A stretch of DNA of 54,053 nucleotides, counting the filler, from Sluysia triapertura (lineage: Eukaryota), in the NCBI GenBank assembly GCA_046118255.1. It is 4 parts of 4 records of this genome, joined end to end, with 100 filler letters (N's around TTAATTAATTAA, not from the genome) between each part and the next. Parts side by side here need not be neighbours in the genome. Positions count along the whole stretch, not along the records: positions 26,248 to 38,847 come from JBJNIA010095555.1; positions 38,948 to 54,053 come from JBJNIA010239216.1; 2 more parts are not named here. One strand, written 5' to 3'. Positions within the stretch are counted from its first letter, which is position 1, and every line of letters starts with the position of its first letter. The notes beneath the pieces are model-generated. The model did no database searches and was not told the origin of the DNA. It saw nothing but the letters and a program-made list of their open reading frames with translations. This document shows positions 37,961 through 52,940 of the stretch, in pieces. Both the position numbers and the translations under genes were made by a program.

Positions 37961-38947
37961 TACAGAATTTTTTTTCCTTCTTTCATTCTGTAAAGTATTT
38001 TTATGTTTTTTATGTTTTTATTTTGAAATGTTTTTTTATTATTAATATTATTATTATTATAAATAAAATAAAATAATTTTAATAAAATCAAATAAAATAA
38101 AAGTAAATAAAAAACTATTTTAAATAATTAATTTTTAAAAAGAAATTTGTTTAACTATATCAAAAAATTTTAAAAATAAAGAAATTTGTTTTTTAATCTA
38201 TTTTTAGAATATTTGGGTAAAATTTAATTATTTAATTATTTTTTAGAATTTTCAGAATATTTAGAATATTTAAAAATTATTAGTTTTTAAGAAAAATAAG
38301 AAGAGTAAATTAATATAAATAGAGTAATAAAATTTTAGATCGAGACAAGAAATAAGATAGCATAAATTTAATAGTATAAAGAAGGAATTTGCATTGTTTG
38401 GATCCTGAGATATATAAAATTCTTCAATGTCCATGTTACAAAAATTAAAGTAATTTTTTTGTGTCTAAGGTTTTTAATATCATCTTATTAGAGATATTTT
38501 AAATTCATACGTAAATTATAATACTATTTTTCTATCAACACCTTAATCGATAAAGGGTTGAGAAACTTTTAATATTTAAAATTCAAATAATCAAACACCG
38601 CGTTGAATTAGTTAACGTGTATATTTTTATTATATAAATTCATTTTGTAAGGATTTAGTATTTTGCGAAATAAAATTTTAGAGAGTTAAACAGTTTTCTG
38701 TTTTTTAGAGAACCTAATAAAGTGATTGGAATAGTACAACTAAATAAAAATATTAAAATCTATTTCATTTAACACCTTAATTTAAAGAAGGGTTGTGTAA
38801 AATCATAAAATCACATTTTTCATACAACATCTCATTAAGAGAGTTGTNNNNNNNNNNNNNNNNNNNNNNNNNNNNNNNNNNNNNNNNNNNNTTAATTAAT
38901 TAANNNNNNNNNNNNNNNNNNNNNNNNNNNNNNNNNNNNNNNNNNNN

Positions 38948-39014
<67 letters not shown>
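38948..39014. repeat. (ATT)n microsatellite at a contig end
   Basis: Directly visible. Confidence 0.95.
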
Positions 39015-39827
39015 TTAAGTTATAGTTTGAATTTTTCGACTCTGTAGCACGTGCTACTTAATTTCGAAGAAGTTATTTTGTGCTTCTGAAATGCTGTTGA
39101 TTTTACATATTTCTTAAATTGTTTTCTAAATATTTCAGTTCATATTTTTATTTCTACTACCATTCATATTTTGTTGGTTATATACAGAGTGTCTCAAAAT
39201 GAAATTTGCAATCGCACCTGCATCTGAATCCTTGTGCATATAATACGAAAATCAATTAAACAATAACTTATTAATCTATGGATGCATCATTTAAAATTAT
39301 AAAAATGACGATAAATTATTTGACTGGAATATCAAGAAATTATATATATTTCAAAATTATCATTAAAAATTACCTAACTGTTAAATGCTTATAAATGTCC
39401 AAATTCAAATGATAATAAATAAATTCTACTTTATAATTTAATTTAATTTAAAATTAATTTCTTATTTTATGAACGTTACTTCTGAAATTGTCCCTGTTCG
39501 TAGAGGTGGAAGGGCAATATTTTAGAATTTCTCGAATTAAAAATTATTTAAAAATTAAATTTATTTTATTATATAAATATTATTATTGATACATTAGAAA
39601 TATTTTCACACTTTTCTATTTCTACATTTGTTTTTATTTGAATTTAAATTTAATTTATTTTACCTTTATAAATTTTGATTTGGTTATTATACTTACATAT
39701 TCAAAAAATTTATCCAGCAAAATTATTCAAAATAATGTTACCAAATTGTGGTGGTCAACTTCTTCACACAAAATTTTAATACATCACAATACACCAAAGG
39801 TTATACTTCTGCAACACTTTATTACAT

Positions 39828-39938
39828 CAAAAATCATTAAATTTGTATTTTAAATTTAAAAATAATAATTAATTAAAAATCATTACATAAAAAATCATTA
39901 AATTTGTATTTTAAATTTAAAAATAATAATTAATTAAA
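39828..39938. repeat. Short near-tandem duplication (about 49-bp identical core)
   Basis: AAAAATCATTAAATTTGTATTTTAAATTTAAAAATAATAATTAATTAAA occurs twice, about 61 bp apart. Confidence 0.85.
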
Positions 39939-40691
39939 TGGAATTTCCTTTAACACTTTTAACTTTGTCAATTCTCTATCACAACTCTCTTTCATACTTT
40001 TTATATATTCCTTTCTTTTTAATTTTCACATTATTCTTCTTCCACATACTACTCTTACTTGCGCTCAATTCACCTTACAAACTGTATTGCTACAAGAAAG
40101 ACAAAACGTATTAGAAGCTCCCGAACATACCACTTCGAATGAAACAAGCTTTTAGTAATTCACAAAAGAAATAAGAAGAAATTTATGTTTGAGACAGACA
40201 TTTATGTTTATGTATATTTTTATTGTTTATTTTATTTTATTATTAGTATTAGTATTTTAATTAAACGATTTTATTTTTTATTATTTTTATTATTATTACT
40301 ATTATTACATTTTACTGTTATTATTATTAGAATTAATAATTATTATTATCATTGTTATCATCATTATTATCGTGCTGTCAATTTTGACATCTTTTCATTA
40401 GTTAAACAATTTATCTACTGTCGCCATTGGACAGTTTTATTTGTACTAAAATTTAAAATTAAAAATTGCATAGCAACAAAATGTTGCTTTAATTGACTAA
40501 ATAAAATACAATATGAAGACAATAATGAGCACAAATCAATCTCAATTCATTTATTCACAATTTATTTTTCGGTCAATTTTTAAAAACACAATTAATGCAT
40601 TCACAGTTTTTATACAATTTTCGATCACAATTTAGACAATCACGATTCAATTTTAAAAAATGAACTGTTTATGTTTCTAACAATAAGCACT

Positions 40692-41358
40692 ATGTCATCG
40701 TATTCATGGCTTTATTTATTCAAGAATGAAGATTTAGATTTGCTTTACAAGATTTTATTTCTTAAATGAAGTTTTTCTTCAAATTGATTTCGCTGTCAAT
40801 GTTAATTTAAAATTATCAGATTCAGATCAACACGAAAATAGTTCTAAATAAAATTCTCATTCGGCTATTAATAATTTTACTGTTCTATGATGTCGAATAT
40901 CCGATCGAAATAATCAAATTAGATGTTTAAAAGTTGTTAACAACATTTACACCATCATATCAGTTATTAATAATACCAATAATAATCTGCTACATTCAAA
41001 ACAATCATCTGGCAAAATAATTATTTTTGAACTAGCACAATCTAAAGAGCTGCGTAATGACTTAGATCATTTAGTCTATCAAGGTGACAAATTATCAGAA
41101 GTATGACTCAAACTAAGTGATGAAATCCGATATACTTGTTTGTTAAGAAATGTAGTTTACTGTCTACAAAGATTACTGTATCGACTAGAACAAAATGTAC
41201 TAGACAATGAAAGTTTAACAAATGAAATCAGAGAAATAAACAATTATCAAATTAGTTATGAAGTTATATGTCACACTAGTGTTCACAGAGTACTCAAGCT
41301 TTATTTGATTAATCCAGCTGCAGGATATATGAGGCAAGATCAAATTTTAGATGCGTAG
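40692..41358 (+). pseudogene. Decayed ORF of unknown family
   Basis: Frame 40974-41358 is open apart from one TGA (GKIIIFELAQSKELRNDLDHLVYQGDKLSEV*LKLSDEIRYTCLLRNVVYCLQRLLYRLE...); coding-like fragments lie upstream. Confidence 0.25.
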
Positions 41359-42376
41359 GTTTTAATGTTATTAAAGAAATATTTTACTTCTATTATTATA
41401 ATTAACAATAATAAAATTACTTCTAATTTAAATATGAAAACAGTTGATATTAAAAGGGTCACTGTATTTTAATACATTTAAATCCAAAGTTTGTCGTTTA
41501 ATCTCAAATTTTTCTTTGACAAAATATTTTGTATTAAGGCAAAGTAAAGTTGATAAAAATGAGAATATGCTCATCATAATCCGTTATATAATTTCTCTAT
41601 CTAATCATCTGTTATCATATGTTAATATCTGTAATATTTATAAAACATAACATTTTCTTCAAATATATTCTATCGGTGTTCATATATATAAACTTCTTAT
41701 ATCAAATTTGTATAAACGAGTCAATTGATTTCTTACTTCTTAGCAGCACGCGGCTACACTGATCCATATTTTCAAGATCAACCCAAATCTCGTAGATTCA
41801 TTCTGTAAATAAAGAAACAGCCTATTTATCTCAAGTATTGTATTTTGATTACATGTGTCATTTATTATTAGTAAAATGTTTTAAATTCTATCCTCACGTA
41901 TATTCAGGCATACATCAAGGACTTATGTCTTTACTATTTATGTTTAATAAATCATTTTCGTTTGAAACTTTAGTTATAATTTCTTTAACGTATTTAATTA
42001 ATAAATTTCTCCCATGTTATCTTGATCATTTGTATATTAATGAAGTTAATTTAATTTACATTAATTTTGGTGATAATGTTGATAAATTTAATCTCATAAA
42101 TGAATCTGATAAACCTTATTTCAATAAACTTTAATTAAATAAACATAAAAATACCAACACCTCAACACGAAAAGGCAAACATTAAACTTACGTGACGTTT
42201 CGTTTGATAGATATGATGAAACGAACAAAGTGATACGAAAGATACTAAATAACAATGTAAATAATTTTGGAAAAACGATACAATTATAACAAATCACAAT
42301 TAAAAGTGATCACAAAAATAAGTCCGATAATGAAATTAATATCACAATTAATCAAAAAATTTCCATAATCATTAAA

Positions 42377-45300
42377 TTATTTCAAATTTAAATCATGTAT
42401 AATTTTTCTTAAATTCATATTTGGTATCAAATTATTATTTGGTAGAATTTCATTGGTCATTGGGCTTCTAACTTGACCTGTGGTACTATTACTAATCCAG
42501 TTATAAATAACTTCACGTTCATAACTGTGTCCATCGGCCGCAATAACCGGATCTCGCATTATTTCATGTGATATAGGACAGTAGACTTCATTTGGTATTG
42601 ATTCACTCCCTAAAATAAAAATAGAATCATTTTCATCATTTAAAATCACATTATAATCACATGCATTTTAAAATTATTTTAAGTCAAAACAAAAAAACGG
42701 TTTAATATAGAATTGTTGAAAACTTCACCTATATAACTAAATTATAATTAAAAGTATCTTTAATGTTCCTTAAAATATTTTTATTTCATAATTTACAACA
42801 AATAAAAATTTATTTAATTTTTGCATTTTAAAATTATCAAATAACCATGTATTCACCTTCTACATAAGAAATGGTACATGGACTTTTGAGTGAGATTAAG
42901 TTGGCTTTTGACACACCAATTTAAAGATCTATAGATATTGTACCAATTTACTAGTGTACGAGTACATATATAAATTGTCAGTGATAAAGATTGTATTACA
43001 ATTTTATTTATGAAAATTACAATTAATTTTATTCATTTTTATAAAAAGCAGAGGGCGTTGTAAAAATATGACATTGTAAAGTATAATTTAGCCTAAAACT
43101 CTGCTTAATTCATTTTGACAAAAACTTAGAAATTTTAAAATAAATTCTTTACAAAATTTTTACAATTAATCTGTTTTTTATAAGAAAATTGTTAGGGGGA
43201 CCCGGCGTGAAAAAACAAAAAATAAAGCTTTAATATTCACACCAAATTTGAAATAACCATGCAAAATTCGAATCATACAAAAAATTACTTTTACTATAAA
43301 TATTGAACATGAAATATTCTTTATTATTATCGCGGACATTGTCAAAAACGATTGCCGACATTCGAATATCTAGCAAGTATTTCTCTAATACCACAAAATA
43401 ATAGCTTTTTAATATACATTTCTGAAGAATGCGTCCACAGACCATAAATCTGTTTACTGTTGCATTGTGTTCGCCGCAATAGAATTTCGGTAGCACGATA
43501 ATGACACCATAGTGTAATAACATGCTGATTTAATTGAGAATTTGTAACTTCAAATATTCCCATACGATCATAATTAGAATTGAATCAGAAAATCGTATGT
43601 GAATTCAATTACCTAATTGGCTGTGCTCTTCCAAGATCAGCTATCTTTCATTCAATTACTATTAATGTATAAAGAGATTACTTTAGCATTGTCCAGTGTA
43701 ATTCCTATCAACAATGGTCTGCACACATAATGAAAACAATGGGGTACGATGACTATATGGTGCATTTTACCGATTAATAAACGATTAATAGATTTCAAGC
43801 CTATGATCTAAAATTAGTTTTATTGAAGCGAATTATATCTTCCAATAATCATTATATCGATCAAATTTTTTGTTCTCTATCTGCATTACGAACAATATTC
43901 ATATATTTGAATTATTCCTTAAGTTCTTGAGCTTGAATTGGTATAATTAGATATGTAAATAAAATTAAAATTAGGATTATTTTTATAAAGAACGAAGTTT
44001 ATGCACTTTTCTTTGCATTAGTTATACTGTGATGGTTAGAACCAATACCAGATGAGTCTGAATTTTCTTCTAAAGTTATTGACTTTGAAGATTCAGATGA
44101 AATATCTGGGAAATGAAAAGAATGAAGTTCTGAAGGTGAAGGTGTTGACATTGTATCTGTGGCTAATACTGATGCTGAACTCAAAATTGGTGGAAGAATG
44201 ATTTGTGGCATTGTATCTGTTACTCTGGTGGTATTCTCATAAAACCATATTTACTATGAATTACTATATCGTCAAGTTTGTTGATAGCATCTAATCCTAT
44301 TATGAGTTCAAATGGACTGTCATCCCAGACATTTATAGGTATGTTAAAGTGTCAGAAAAATGACATAATTAAATGTAATTTATGTTAATAATTAATATTA
44401 AATGCTAAATAGATAAAGAGTCTCCTTTTGACCTCCAAATCTCGTTCCAATTACTTCATTTTATCTTTCGCTGACACCTAGGAGTTGGCCTTTAAATGTG
44501 TAAGACCAATATCGTATGAGACTCACAAAGCAAAAGCAAATAATTATAATTCAAAATACAAACTTAAAACCCTCACAGGTATAATGTCACATTTGCTCAT
44601 ATGGCATAATAATGTTCGGTTGATATTTATTGGAGTATGATTTATATTTTATAATAGTGCTTTTGGTGGGTCCATCATTATTAATTCCCATGCATTTAAG
44701 AAATTATAATGAACAACTAATGTTGTTGCCCCGTATCGATTATAGCTTTTATCCATCTACCATTAAAACGTACGTTTAGAAATATGACTTTGAATATCTA
44801 ATGTCGTGTTCAACATCAGTAGTAGTTGTTTATTAAGAATGAGTGAACCGAAGGTAGTTTATCACGGTCCTTATTTTTTGGTTTGACCTTTAATATTGTT
44901 TTTCTATCTTTCTATTCCTTAGGTGCTGGTTTATGTCTATTCACATGTACCACGAATATCTCTGCATTTATTTTTTCGGATTCTTAATAAATAAATTTGC
45001 GGATGTTGTTTTCGTGACATCGTGTGGTCATTTAAAAGGTTTATGTAATTTTGGTGACTGACCAACTTTAGTCAATGTATAATCCACTAACACCTTATCA
45101 CCAACTTGAAAATTATAGTCCTTATAGGATTCTTCAGAATATCTTATTGTAATTCCGCACGTCCCAAAGCATCTTGTAAATTTTCTGACATTGCGAAATT
45201 CTGTGTTTAGAGAGCATACATTAAAATTACCAAGCATTTTGAAGACTATTGCCCATTACTCATATCATCTATTATTCGTATTGTACTGTCAATATTCGTA

Positions 45301-48300
45301 TCACTAGTGGCTCTATGCTCTAGATTCTTTGCTTATAGTGATGTGAGTATTGTTATATATTTTTTATATTTTATTGTATAAATAAAATCTCAAATTTTGT
45401 CATTTTATTAAACTCGGTACTTTTTAAAGGCATTAGGCCTAGTTCATTGATAAAAAAATTTTGTATTTCACTAATTGTTTTTAAATTAAGGTTCGATGGT
45501 TTTTTGTCAATTAAATTCTTAAATTTTTTTAATACATATTCGAAAATAATTAGAATTAAACATAATTTATTAAAATTAAACAGAACTAATTATAATTTAT
45601 TAGAATTAAATTACTTGACGCCCTCCACACAGGTACCATTATCGTCAGAGTACCAAATGAGATGAAAAATAATATAATATGAATACAAACCTCTTGCTGT
45701 TTCTGAATGAGAAATTTTCTTCAAATTTTCAATAATTTTAATTATTAATTTTCGGTGTCCAAACGTATCTACAAATAATATTATAATATTAATTAAAAAG
45801 TTTAATTCATTTTGTGTAATTTATTATGAGAATTAATACGATAATTTTTTGATTATCGTTATTTAATTAAATATATTTTGTTTAGTCATATTTGAATATT
45901 CAAATAAATAAAACTTACCACTGCGTTGCCCACTATAGAGGTTTACAGAATCAAGATTCAACTGCTTCAATGACTTTTGTTTTCGTAAGGCACAAAACAT
46001 TTATTAAGGAATAAATTTTAATATGTTGATTATGGTTCTAAAGTTTAACTCGTTACGGTCCACTGTTCCGTGTCACTGGACACATTTATTGACATATTCA
46101 TAAGGGTCCTTTTAAATTTCACTCCCCCATTTATAATTTCAAACTCATTTGTTATCATTAATAGACCACAAAAGGTTAATACATATTAAAGATTTTATTA
46201 GATATTTTGTATTTTAAATTATATTTTAGTATTTTTCAGTAGGAAAAAAGATACTAAGAGATTAAGTTTTAAAATTTTTGAACAAAATGATATCTTCTAT
46301 CAACAGTAAGGTAAACCTTGGAAAATCAAAGGAATCAAAAATTTAATTCTTAAAAATATTCAAGAATTTATTTTCACTATTATAAACATATTTTTGTTTA
46401 CTTCAATGAAAGACTAATAGTAATTAAATTTTCAGCCAGAATAATGTATAGACGTTATTTCCTTTCTGTTGTTTTTAATGGTTCAAAATTCATTGAATGT
46501 ATTTTAGTTGTTTATTTAAAATAATAAATAGGAAAAAGAAATTTAAGAAAAATAATATTTTCTTAAATATGAAACTTTAATTGAAAACTTTAATTTTTTA
46601 AATTATTTTCATAACAAATATTAAAACATCTAAATTCGATTATTTTATAATAATAATCACTTGGTCACTATCGCGGCTATCTATCTTTGGAACAACGATT
46701 TTTAGTTTAATTAAGTTGATTATTTCGTACAACAATATGTGATTCAATTGTGTGTATGTGTGTGTTATGAATTTAGATAATAATTTTATATTCTAAAATG
46801 AAGTTTAGAGTTTTAAGTGGTGTTTTATGATCATCACATGTTGAACAATTTAAAAATACCTTTAAAAAACATGCTTAATGTGATAAAAACTAACTAATAT
46901 TCATATTATTTTGTAATTCATGATCAGTAAGTGTTAAAAATACTGCGCCATTTACACCGTGTACATGCCACGTATGATTATAAATTGATAGATTGGTTTG
47001 AGCTGATATTAAATAATTGATTAATTGATCAGTAGTCCAAGATTCCGGTGAAAACGTCGGTATGTGAATTCTATCAGAACAAGATTTTAGTGATACAGAT
47101 AATTCAGAGGTGACCTTATCCATTTTATTGCACGCTAAATATAAATATTACAATGTAATATTCATCATAACTTACATTAAATTCATTGCAATGTTCATGC
47201 TTTGCCCTAAAAACGATTATTTTGTAAAGCTTATGTAACTCGCTTAGTAGTAACTCAGAAAACATTCGATGTATAAAAATTTGAAGGCAAAAATAAAAGT
47301 AAAATAGTAGAATTATCAAAATCTGTTTATTTCAAAGAAATTTGAAAACTTTAAAATTCTTCACTAATATAAATTATGCATTATTAAATAATTTAAAGTA
47401 GTTGATTGACATTAAATTTAGTATATAAAAAGCAAACTCTCTGTCACAATACACAATTAGATAATATAATTCTTAATAACAAAGCAGAAAATTAATTTTA
47501 AAGTTACTCTTGATTTAATTTAAAATTCTTCGAGTACTAGCACTAAAATTTAAATTATTTATTGAAGAATGGAAGTACAATCGTTAAATCTAGAATCTTA
47601 GTGGACTAGTCTTCTATTATTGGATATGTAAGCTTTATATTTTCGCTTGGTAATAATAATGGTTATTCTTTTTAACGTTAAGTAGTTGTTATAGAAACAA
47701 ATCAAAAGAAATTTAGATATAAATCAACACTCGAACAACTACTTTACTTGATCGACTTACAATGACAATTTCTCGTGTTATATATATTGTAGAGCTTATT
47801 CGAACTTTGTCTGGAGGTGCAGATTCAAGTACTGGTTTCGATAGTCTGAATGAAAGTGCTAATTGAGTTATCTCTTGCGAGTTTATAACTCAAGATATTT
47901 ATCTATCAGTACTTTGAATTTCTATTTTTCTTTATCTTATCTTATGCAATATTTTAGTGTCTGTGTGTGTTGATCAGCTTTCAACCCATTTTAACAAACA
48001 ATTTAAATTTTATTTCTAATACAGATTACATGACGTTTACAGTTTTATTAATCATACCTTATTTAAATAAATAACAATGTTACACAGTGTTAATAAATTT
48101 ATTAATTACTCAATTTAGGTAAATACGGAAATTTTAAACTTAAATTCAGACTAAATTTAAATTCAAACTTATTATTAATTCAAGTATTTCCAAAATATTC
48201 GTATATTTCACTAAAGTCCTAAGACACATCAATTGTTCCTCGCTTCAATACGTAAATCACATATAATCTATTGAGATGTAATCCACTTATCAAGCTTCCA

Positions 48301-50520
48301 AGTTAGATTTTCCAATAAAACAACTGTAATTAAACTTTCAAAATTCTTCATGTATACAATTTAGAAGTATACAATTTTAGAACCAAACTATTTAAACTGT
48401 TGGGATTATATCGTTGTAATTACAGTTATAAGTTATATTATTAATTTTAGTCTGAATTATACAGTAAAAATTATAAATGCAGTAAAATTATAGTTACAAA
48501 TAAATTACAAGTTTTTGTTAATTTTTATCTAAAGTATGGTATTGCATTTTGGCTTCATATTATTACTATTATTTTTATTCGATCAATATGCTTTTAAATT
48601 TTCATATCACATTATTCTTTCTATTTTGCTTAATCTTTAATTTAAACTAATTTTTATCGGACATATTTTTAAATTTTGATTACATATAACTTCTATCTAT
48701 TCTGTCTAATCTTTATTTTAAGTTAATTTTGATTGAATTTTATGCTCTTAAGTTTAATTTCATATTATTGATTCTTATTTGTAAATGATTTTACTAATTA
48801 TAATTGTAAGGTTTGATGTTTATAAAGTTTACTTTAATATTGATTGTTATTTGTTACTAAATTTTGAATTAATATTAACTCTATGTAATCTCACTTTAAT
48901 TTAAAATAAAAGCATTATCATCTCAGTAATTTTTATAATTTTAAGATTATAATTGAAAATGAGCATAATTTTTTATAATTAAAAAAGGTTTAAAAAATTT
49001 ATAATTATAAAATGAAAATAAGAAAATTAGTATTATTACAGATAGAAAGACATTACTATGCATATTTTAGTATTAGTTTTATATATATTATAAATGTGGA
49101 ATAGAATATAATTATCGATGTTGTCTTTTGTTATTGATTGATAAAACAAGTAAACTCATCATATTGTGCGAGGAACAATATAACTCATGTTAAAAATTGA
49201 ACAAGTCACTTACAATAGCATAAGTATTATTTTATTCTATGGATTAATTCTTGTTAATTTCACAACCATATAGAGTTAACTTAAATTAAAGTTATATAAT
49301 CAGATAACTATTTTTCACATTTCTTTATTATCTACAAATTTAAAACAATAATTTAACAGTGAGATAAAATATCACATCAATAAATCAAATTTATTTTGTA
49401 TTTTATTTTAATATATAATACATTTCATTGTGTTCAATACACACTTGTTTACTCGACTTTGCACGTGTATAATTAGTGTGCATATTATACATTATTAAAA
49501 TGTTTATATAAATTCTTAATCAAAAGTAAAGATAAATATAATTTATTTTAAAAATTAATAAAATGCTTATTATACTTAATAAAATTATTGTCACAATAAA
49601 TAGTGTTTATTTAAAGAGTTTAGTCAGCTCCGTGGTTCATATTCCTTATCCCTTAATACGAAGATCTTTAATACACTCGATTAGCTCGACCTCTAACTCA
49701 GAATAATGTGACTTTTACTACCCTAACCCTAACACTTTCTGTTTTTGCCTTTGTTGTATATTGACTTTATTGACGCCGCACTCTCGCTGTAAGGCACCAC
49801 GTATATCAGGAAATGAAATAATGCGTAACTAATCTTAAGCATTAAATAACCGTCTTAATTCACTTATTTTGGAATACGAAATATTGTTTAATAAAATTGA
49901 TATTTATTACACTTAAGCAATTAATAAAAAGTCAACTTAATTTTTCATGATTTCAGAAATTAAATGAGAATGCCTATTATGTACACAGTAATATATTACA
50001 TGTGACTAACGTATTCCTATATAAATTTAAAAATTCAAAATATTCGAGATTTGCGTTCATTTTAATATGAAATACTTTCTATTTATATTACGTAACAAAA
50101 TAACTACGAATATGTTATTAAAACTTACTACGATTAGATACTACAGTTATAAATGTTATAATATATTGTAAATTTTTAAATATATATATTCATTAAAAGT
50201 AGTAGAATATGTTGTATAAAAAAACTAACTAGAAATATCATCTATTAACAAATTTGTAGATGGTTTTTCGTAATTCAATGACCAAAGTTTAATAACAGGT
50301 CCATTGCCACCAGTGGCAATTAAAGTATTGTCCCAAGAAATAGAACAAGTACTTGCGTAACTAAATATAATGGTAATAATTATTATTATGATTATATGAA
50401 AAAATTTTCCAAGAATGTTAGAAATAATTTAAAATAGAAAAAATAAATTAAATAACATGTCAGCAACTTCAACAGAAACAAGTGCTATTCCCATATCCTG
50501 AAATTTAAAATAAAGCTTAA

Positions 50521-50581
<61 letters not shown>

Positions 50582-50699
50582 TTTCACGAATCCAATATAT
50601 TAATTAATAGCATGAAACTCTAATTACATGTATATATACTCTTTAATAAATATTTGAAAACCAACAGCATCCCATATAATAAGATAGTGGTCCATTGAT
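42377..50699 (-). CDS. WDSUB1: WD repeat, SAM and U-box domain protein 1, 3' six exons
   Basis: Exons 50699-50666, 50497-50457, 50360-50230, 47134-46895, 45768-45691 and 42609-42377 all join in phase at GT-AG sites. WD40: SMDHYLIIWD...YASTCSISWDNTLIATGGNGPVIKLW. SAM: WTTDQLINYL...VNGAVFLTLTDHEL..NTFGHRKLIIKIIENL. U-box: IPNEVYCPISHEIMRDPVIAADGHSYERE...SPMTNE..LIPNMNLRKII. The domain order is diagnostic; 5' exons not located. Confidence 0.92.
44000..44345 (-). mobile_element. Possible LTR-retrotransposon protease-end/linker remnant in a WDSUB1 intron
   Basis: VWDDSPFELIIGLDAINKL resembles the ILG.D.L end of retropepsins; followed by a Ser/Thr/Pro-rich open stretch. Confidence 0.3.
44920..45320 (-). 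mobile_element. Ty3/gypsy integrase C-terminal (GPY/F) remnant
   Basis: NFQVGDKVLVDYTLTKVGQSPKLHKPFK*PHDV...VVHVNRHKP matches F.VGD.V...KL...F.GPY.V...VH.NRLK. Confidence 0.75.
50519..50580. repeat. (ATT)n microsatellite in a WDSUB1 intron
   Basis: Directly visible. Confidence 0.95.
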
Positions 50700-52868
50700 C
50701 TAAAATTAAATATTTTAATAAACATATTTATATAAATAATATTAATATTAAACATTAAACAAATTAAATGAAATGAAATGTGATAACAAATAAATCAGAG
50801 ATAAACAAATAGTTCAAATTTAAATGCATTTATTTCTAGGTTTATACAAGTCAAAGTTCGTTTAATGAAATTTATTTAAAAGTTACAATTATTCAAATAT
50901 TTTTATTGTGAAATTTTAAAAATGCAATAGAATTTAAGTATAATTTTAAATAAATTTAAAACTATCTCAATCTGATAATTGATAATTTAAATTTTTTACT
51001 AATTTCAAAATAAACTAAATTAAAAAAATAAAAATTGGATATAAGTTTTCCCAATTAATTAGCAAGTCAACAAGATTACAAATTAACTGGTAATAAATTA
51101 AATTAAATTAAAATAAATTAAAATTTTACTAGTGTAAATAAAGAAATGAATACTAATAAGCACAAACGAACAAATAACTAGAAAATGAATATACGTGAAT
51201 GCATAATCAAATTATGTGGTGAGGTAAATGTTTTAGTAAAAAAATTAATTTACAGAAAAAATTGGACGTAACATCAGGATAATATGTAGAATGAAATTAA
51301 TTAACCACAGAAAGATATTGACTATATAATAAAATAAGCTTCAGGAAGGAGTTAATTTTAGAATGTTCTGGAATGAAACTAAGAAATTAATTGGCAATAC
51401 AACACACAAACTAGTATAAAAACTACCCCCAAATGAATTCAAGATAAAATGGTTTATAATTTATTCATTAATCTTCTTGAACATTTGATAATTCATTGAG
51501 AAGCTTGCGTTTCTTCTTTTTCTAACACTTACCCAATTTATAAAATACAAATATGGTCCGCCTACAATACACAGTTTAAGCCTTAGGCGACGTATTCGTA
51601 GGAAAAATATAACTTCAAGAATTCCTTAACTTTGATGAACTTCTAAATGGTCTTTTCTGAGAGTTAAGTTTCTTAAATCTCAATTATCCTATTAATCACA
51701 AATCACCGTAACCCTAACTATGGAGGATTTATATTATATACTAAATAATATAATATAAATTCACTTTCTTTTGTAATTTGAATTTAGCTTCTTTTAAATT
51801 CTTATAATGTAATTCCAAAATTGCAGCCTATAAAATGAGTATAAATCGATTAACTAAACTTATTTCTGACTTCTTGCACTTAGTTATTAATTTATGTAAC
51901 TTAGTTCTTCAATACTCTTTCTATTATCTTCAGTTTAATCTACCTATTCTATAATTCGTCAGTACCAATTAACTTTATTCCTCAATTGATCCTTATACTT
52001 TAATACTTTTAATTCTTTTAAAGCTTTTAATTAATAATTTCACTTAGGCAATTATGTTTTCTGTAACTCAATAAATGACTCAAAAAATCTATTAACAGGT
52101 GTTATCCTTAGATTTTTTAAACAAAATTTTCTTTAATTCCAATTAATTTTTATCAATTCGACAATAAAAGAAGTCAAATAAAGACACGAAGGAATATTAA
52201 AAAAAGAAATGTGATAAAATTCTTATAAAATAATATAAAATGATGAATATAAAATATTGTAACTAGAGTTACCTCTAGAAATATTATGAAATTTTAGAAT
52301 TTAAATTGTCTAGCGAAAAATGATTTTAAGTGAAAGTTATTTTTCCGTTAACAGAAAAAGAACCTTAAATACAATTAACGTACTGATAACTCAATTAACA
52401 GAATTGCAGAAAGGTTAAAATCAAGTGTTTATTGTGATCCAATATCCAATATCAAATCTGTCTTCATATCAAAATCTCGTAATTAAATCTCCTTCAGAAT
52501 CAAAATAATCGAATCTCTTTGAGAATCTAAATCACGCTTATCTAAGTGAATTAAATGGGTTCCACTAATTCACGGTACTACCAGAATTTTGTTACGACGC
52601 ACAACACGAAACATCGAACTATTACCGAATCACAAAAATAAAGTGCCAAAGTTTTTGTACAACTATTATTATTATGATTTAATGTAATAATCCTGATTTT
52701 ATATATTATTTTATTGAGTCATCAGTAATTATTATAATATTTCACATATTAATTAGTTTATTTTAAATAAAATTTTATATTTATTTTTTCTAAATATCAG
52801 GTTAGAATCCTCATAAATAATTTTTAGATAATTTCAGATAATTGTAAACCCATGTGTTAGATATTAGG

Positions 52869-52880
52869 ATTATTATTATT

Positions 52881-52933
<53 letters not shown>

Positions 52934-52940
52934 TATTATT
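52869..52940. repeat. (ATT)n microsatellite
   Basis: Directly visible. Confidence 0.95.

Noticed and set aside
39638-42134. Several 60-100-aa Phe/Ile/Leu/Asn-rich ORFs
   Set aside because: Composition simply reflects AT-rich non-coding DNA; no motifs or splice support.
43230-43920. Short ORFs suggesting a Tc1-like or hAT transposase relic (TVN, GITLDNA)
   Set aside because: Motifs are too short and degenerate to assign.
49721-49733. CCCTAACCCTAAC telomere-like repeat
   Set aside because: Only two units, inside an intron.
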